Below, piece after piece: positions 58,655 to 64,000 of a stretch of 64,000 bases of DNA. The notes under the pieces were generated by a model that saw nothing but the letters and a program-made list of their open reading frames with translations, was not told where the DNA came from and ran no database searches. Position numbers and translations under genes: made by a program. The stretch lies in contig CAJINV010000012.1 in NCBI GenBank assembly GCA_905178155.1, forward strand, positions 1,616,492-1,680,491, given 5' to 3'. The DNA is from Amoebophrya sp. A120. Lineage: Eukaryota; Protista; Dinoflagellata. Numbering within the stretch: position 1 is the first letter of the stretch; each line of letters starts with the position of its first letter.

Positions 58655-59878
58655 ATGCCTCCGGACAATGATCCCCACCAACCTTACGTCGAAGACGATG
58701 ATCTGAACACGGACGAAATCCAAGCAGCGCGCGTGCTCCACGCCGTGAGCAGTTCGGAAGGAAAGTTGAAGCTGGTGAAGGACAACTTTGTTGCTGATAC
58801 GGAAATCGAAATCGAAAACAGCGGCTGCAATGCTAGTACTTCATCGAGCAACCCCTGGCGTCCCTTAGTCGAGGACGTGGCTCGGCGGAGTTACAGCTAT
58901 GTTTGCAGGTTTGTGCAACAAGGAAAGCAAGACAAAAGTCTCGACGACTCAACCCCCTCTACAACTTCCTCCTCTTTCACGAAATCAGAGCTCGACTCGT
59001 GGTTTCGGCAGCTGCACCCAGACACCCTCGGCGTAAACACCACCGGCGCGTGGACGGATGCGTACTACAAGGGAAGTCTGCTACTGCGGAAGACCGCGTG
59101 GTGCGTGTTTGATGAAAGTTGCGAGTGCGAATACGGGTACTCCGACACGTGGCAGAAGCAGATCACGAATGCGAAGATGAAGGACTGTCTGTGGGAGATC
59201 ACGGCCAGAGTGAAGGAGATCTGCGGACTGGTCAACAGTAGAGCACTACAGGATGGAACCAATCATGATGAAAAGCACGCAGAAGATGAGCTGATAAACT
59301 GCGTGAACCTAAACTACTACCCAACAGGCGGCGGTGTAGGGTTCCACGCGGACGACGAGTTTCTGTTTGATGGGCTGAACCGAGACACCTGCATCATCTC
59401 TTTGTCGCTGTGCAGCGCTGGTGATAGCCCTCCATCGAATGACCAAAAATCCGAAGAGCAGCCTGTTCGAGTTGCTGATGACCAACGGCAGGACCAGGAG
59501 GAAGTCGCGCATAAGTCCGGCGCGCGCAAGTTTCAGGTGCGCTTGAAGAAAGCGTTTATGAAGAAGGATGACCCGCATGGGATTGGGACAACTGGCAAGA
59601 ACGCTGGACAAGGAAGTGGCGGCTTGCCATCAGCTGCGAACTCTTCAGGGAATCCTGAAATCCACGAGGTCATACTGAATCACGGAGACCTGATGACCAT
59701 GGAGGGCTTGTTTCAGCTGTATTACCTGCACTCGGTGTGGCCGGGGGACGATCGGAACTACAAGGAGCACCCATTAACGCAGGGAGAACGGATCAATTTG
59801 ACTTGGCGAACGATCGTGAAGCATTTGGATGGGAGTGAGGAGTGCAGGGGGATGAAATGTCCCTTGGTGGAGGGCTGA
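58655..59878 (+). CDS. AlkB-family 2OG-Fe(II) dioxygenase (ALKBH2/3-like), intronless
   Basis: RKTAW, YGYS, NCVNLNYY, GFHADDE (HxD), IISLSL, LNHGDLMTMEG, YLHSV, RINLTWR. Confidence 0.9.
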   Translation: MPPDNDPHQPYVEDDDLNTDEIQAARVLHAVSSSEGKLKLVKDNFVADTEIEIENSGCNASTSSSNPWRPLVEDVARRSYSYVCRFVQQGKQDKSLDDSTPSTTSSSFTKSELDSWFRQLHPDTLGVNTTGAWTDAYYKGSLLLRKTAWCVFDESCECEYGYSDTWQKQITNAKMKDCLWEITARVKEICGLVNSRALQDGTNHDEKHAEDELINCVNLNYYPTGGGVGFHADDEFLFDGLNRDTCIISLSLCSAGDSPPSNDQKSEEQPVRVADDQRQDQEEVAHKSGARKFQVRLKKAFMKKDDPHGIGTTGKNAGQGSGGLPSAANSSGNPEIHEVILNHGDLMTMEGLFQLYYLHSVWPGDDRNYKEHPLTQGERINLTWRTIVKHLDGSEECRGMKCPLVEG

Positions 59879-60079
59879 GGGGCGCGAAGTCGTGATGTAG
59901 TTTGAGGAGAATAAAGCGTGGCTATCACGACAATTTTGGAAATGAACGAGCTTGATAAAACGGATTCCGAGGACAAACCCAAATCCCATACCTTTTTCCG
60001 GCACACCATGCGTGTGACTTTTTCCTGCGGAGAGTTTCATGTGAAGTAGTACCAATTTCGGACTCCAACCAACCTCTGC

Positions 60080-61320
60080 TAGTGTTCTGGCGGTGCTGCT
60101 AAGATGAGGCGGCTTTTCGCTTTGGTGGCGTCACTTCGCGGAGGATGCAATACTGTTTGCGCATGTCCAGCGTCTGGGCTTGTACCTACAAGGGGCGCGC
60201 CGTGCCTGCGCTGAGGGTCTTGGGCGTCGGTGCGCTCTGCGATTTTTTGGAGATAGGCGGAGACGCCTGCGCAGCCCCCTGCGCCCTGTCGAAATTGCGA
60301 AGCCCCGCGCGCGGCTCCGTCCTGCGTCCGCCGGTATTCGTCCGATGGGCCCAGGCGCAGCAGGCGCCGGCCCCGGTGCGGCAGCAGGTGCGGCCGCCCG
60401 TTTCCTTTCAGCCAGCGCCAGCGGGGGGTCGGTCGGTGGGGCAGGCCCTTCCCCGGGGGAGCGGGCCACCCTTTGGCGGACTCTGCCGGCGCAGCCGCCG
60501 ACGCGGGTGGGCCCGGCGCCGCGCGGCGGGCAGTATTTGGGGCGGCGAAGCGACGGCCAGACCGGCGCGGGCTCCTCCGGGCCCCCTTTGTGGCGGACCG
60601 CCGCGCACCGCGCCCGGCGGGCGAGCCCCCGCGCGGGGGGCTGGAACTCGGCCGGCGGCCCGGGCGCCGAAGGGATGCGTGGCGCGCGGCCTGCTTCCGG
60701 GGGCGTCCGGGGTGACTCCCTTCTTTCGGTGCAGGCGAAGGTGCGTCGAAGCTGGAAGCCCGCGGGCGGTGGCAGAGACAGCCTTCCCTTCGCGAGACTA
60801 CCTGGCTGGGAAACTCTCTGCCGGGCCGCCCTTCCTGCGCCGCTTCGCCCCCTTGCTTCCTCCCTCTTTGTAAGTAACTGGCGGCGCGCGCCCCGCCCGC
60901 CCTTCCGGGATGGCCCGCGCGCCGGCGCCCTTCTCCTGCCCGCAGGCGAAGGGGCCCCCTTCGCCGCTCCCCGCCTCCTTGCTTCGCGCTTGCAGGCAAT
61001 GAATGTTCGTGGAGTGCCGCGCCCCTCGCCCCCCTCCCTCTCCCTGTGCCCGTTCTTTGGCCCGGTGGGAGGCCGGGCCGCGAATGGGCGCGCGGCCCCG
61101 CACCCCTTCGCCTTTCCGGCCGCGAAGTAGCCGCGGGCGGGGGGGCGCGCAGGCATTTGTTTTGTGGCGCCAGAAGGCCTTTTTTCTGTCGCGCCAGCCT
61201 GCAGGCATGTGGGCCCATGCAGGCGCCTCCCGGCCCCGGTTCTCCGGCAGGAGGCTGTTTGGGTTTCCCGGCGACCGGGCCTGTTGGGAGGCCGCCTGGG
61301 TGCTGCCTTTATTACGAACG
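60080..61320. other. GC-rich intergenic tract
   Basis: Very high GC with long low-information ORFs on both strands. Confidence 0.5.
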
Positions 61321-62362
61321 CAGCCGAACAGCGGGAAGCCAGTTCGCTGCACATAAGTACCGTAGGAATGGTCGACAACCAAAGAAAGTGGGGCGGCGTG
61401 TTGCTGTGTTGGAGGTGTGTGTCCGAGCTGTCCGGTTTTGTGGAAGGTTGGGCACATGTTCAGTCTTGCCTCCCCGGGAGATATTACGTATCGGCTCGTT
61501 GTCGTTGGAACTGAAACAAAGTAAAGCTGTGAGTGCGAGGTCTAGTTTCCACATTGCTCGCGGCTTCATGGCTTGATCCTAAGAGGAACATCGGGACTCG
61601 TTTATCGGAATACGCACCATCATCTACGTGGTCGGAGTCGGTTATGCATTTTTCACGCGGGTGCAACTTGAACTTGATGTGGGAGACCGTAAGTGGATTT
61701 ATCTTTATGTTTATGTATGAAGCTGTGAAGGGATGACGAATGTTGATGCTCGTCAAAATCCGAATCCTTCTGGACTTCTGGGTTTATTCGTGGGGCCGTC
61801 TTCGTGATCGTTGGTCTCTTCTTTTTCAGCTCCAATGAATGTTTTGTCCGTGTGTGTGCTCATTCTTTCGAACTTGAAGTAGCAAAAGTTGAGCATCGGC
61901 AGATCATCGTGTCACTAGTGATCTAGCCGCTTAGCTGCCGACTATCGGTCGGCAGTCGTGGGGAAAATGTACTCACTCGTGAAGCTGCCCCTGTGTGGCA
62001 TTTGAAGTCGTTCTTTTAGACAGGACGTTGCGCAAGAGCCAGCGCTTGTTCGTTGAACCAAGTGTCCATCTGACACGCTAACTCAGCATTTATACTTGTT
62101 GTCATCTACAAACGAATACATCTAGCAATGCGAGTCAGAGTCTTTGCTTTTGGACCGAACTACAGAGCCGCACGCAAGTGTTTTTTTTTTATTGAAAAAG
62201 GTTCTTGAAGATATAATCAAGATCAACAGGCGTATTGGCTTCTGGTGGTCATTCTCATTCTATCTTGTACGCATCAACTGACTCAGCCCGCCACAACTAC
62301 ATTTTGAGAAAAAAACTACATTCAGTTTCTGTTCACCCACAAAATAGATCGCCGCAGCAATC

Positions 62363-63481
62363 ATGGTTTTCTTCACATCAGCACTGTCCTCGTGCCGCTT
62401 GTTCCTTCTTCTTCTATCCCCCCTCGCCACCCACCGCACCGTCCTGGCCGAGGAACCAGTGCCTTGTTGTGGCTACGGCGATGCAGATGGCAGGCTGCCG
62501 GCGGACCCGCGGACCCCGAACACTATCGACGGCGCGACGCGGGTGGGCGGTGGTGGTCTCGGCGGCGGGACAGCTGATAAAAATGGCGGCGAAAATTATG
62601 CTGGCGGTGATTCATCGGGTACAATTTTGCCCTCATCCGCCGAGGAAGCAGGTCCTCCGCGATTCTTCCACCATGACGTGGGAAGCGAAAGCTCTCCCCG
62701 TGCCGCAAAAGGAAGGCGATTCCTTCTTTATCACGAAAGCGCAGTACAACAGTGCGTCAAAGACCGTCGGGGTCCGACAAGGTGGTTTGGACTGCACTGC
62801 GCAAAACCCGTTGGACTGCCTGATGGCCGAGATTGGGAACGGATATTTCGCGACCGTCGGTCCCATCTGCGCGGCGGACCAAAGCGGGTGCGGGTCCCTC
62901 TTCCTCGCGGGCGTGTTCGAGTACGGCTTCTGCGGCAGCGTCTTTGGCAGCTATGGTGTGCAATGCAGCTACCGGGCGAATCTGCCAAATCCGTTTTACC
63001 GGTTTCTCCCCAAGATTGACAGCTGGAACGCAATCGAACAAGTGCAGGTGCAAGATTTCAAAAATGCGTGCTTGATGTACTACTTCGGCAACGTCAGGGC
63101 GGAAAACGGAAAGACCGTCACCGTGCAGATGAAATTCTACGCGCATCGGAAACGGCGGAATTTGTTCGTCCTGGAATTGTCCAATGACCAGGAGGCAGAC
63201 ACGGCAGTGAATATGGTGAAACACGCGGCTGTAGTGTTTCCCGGGCAAAATGGCGCGCCTGGATTAAGTGCTTTCGAAACAACTGCAGCAGGCGCTAGTA
63301 GTTCTGGCACGACTGGTACGAGCAGCGATGTTCTTGTCCGCGTGCGCCAAGGCTCGACGAGCCGAAAGGAGGACGAGAATCTGCAGAAATCTTTACTGAA
63401 ATTCGCGGAGGCGCAAAATTTCGGCGATGATTACCGGCTCCTGCGAGCAGGGAGTTCTTCTACAGCGCAGGGGCAGCGTCC
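62363..63481 (+). CDS. 5' part of a probable glycoside hydrolase family 65-like (PGGHG / acid trehalase-like) gene; runs off window
   Basis: IGNGYFATV, LFLAGVF, YRANLP and FYAHR..NLFVLEL resemble the GH65/PGGHG N-terminal region; a signal-peptide-like start at 62363 is in another frame. Confidence 0.5.
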
Positions 63482-63735
63482 TATCCTGAGGAAAAACGTA
63501 CCCACACCAGAGTTGTAATGCAGATTTGCAAAGACAGGAACATTTGCAATGCGCATCGCCAGGAGAGGCATTTTTAGTCGCGTTTTGGAATTTGTAATGC
63601 TGTAAACAGGATGAGCAGATGGATTTCTGATGCAGCTGGCCTTGCGAACCTGCACTACACTACGGACTGCAACTTGTGATGTGTGACCCCCAAAAGTTCT
63701 AGGCTTGTGTTGCAAAATCCCCATAGCACTGGCGC
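63482..63735. mobile_element. Introner family D, left part (opposite orientation to 7359-7672); right TIR not seen
   Basis: TATCCTGAGGAAAAACGTACCCACACCAGAGTTGTAATGC and an interior resembling the reverse complement of 7359-7672. Confidence 0.7.
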
Positions 63736-64000
63736 AATCAAGACGCAGGCAAGAACAACGTGCTGAAGCAGAGGACAAGAGCAGATAGTAAGAATATCAA
63801 AACAAGACGACAAAGCCTTTGATCCGCGAAATTGCTGGAGTGTGAATGTCGTGGACAGCGGAAGGGGTCTCTCACATTACAGGAAACGCCCACCGCCCCC
63901 AAATAGCTTAGTGATCCGAATGATGAATCAACTCGACTACTTAATTTTTACAATCGTTTTACCAGCCGCAGGCTTGCATCTGCGGCTACTGCTACTCTGC

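Noticed and set aside
60079-61378. 379-415 aa minus-strand ORFs and overlapping plus-strand ORFs
   Set aside because: Stop-codon scarcity in a very GC-rich tract; no coding signature

Overview
Eukaryotic genomic DNA, very likely from a syndinian dinoflagellate (Amoebophrya-like; inferred from the intron type and an exact dinoflagellate spliced-leader sequence). All credible genes are on the + strand. They are split by about 47 introner-type elements, mostly 140-410 bp, from at least 9 terminal-inverted-repeat (TIR) families. The elements start TAT/TAC, almost always end ATA and sit between 5-bp direct repeats (DR). Removing an element plus one DR copy restores the reading frame. This reconstructs a mitochondrial carrier (6511-9244), a gamma-glutamyltranspeptidase (10134-15136), a tandem paralogue family (15955-25520), a 19-intron membrane-protein gene (26469-44544) and an EEP phosphodiesterase (47493-50637). 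Also present are a Cys-rich protein gene, an intronless AlkB-like dioxygenase and the start of a GH65-like gene. The main finding is a ~10-kb non-LTR retrotransposon (two accessory ORFs, then APE endonuclease and RT) nested inside an introner. Its 5' end is an exact 22-nt DinoSL (ACCGTAGCCATTTTGGCTCAAG, 31820-31841) and its 3' end is a (TAC)4 tail. It therefore looks like an integrated copy of an SL-trans-spliced element RNA inside a non-canonical intron. The window also holds an endonuclease-only retro-like ORF, an intron flanked by a 53-bp exon duplication, and a structured GC-rich repeat region (50.8-58.1 kb). Gene models were spliced by eye and protein calls rest on motif recognition, not database searches.
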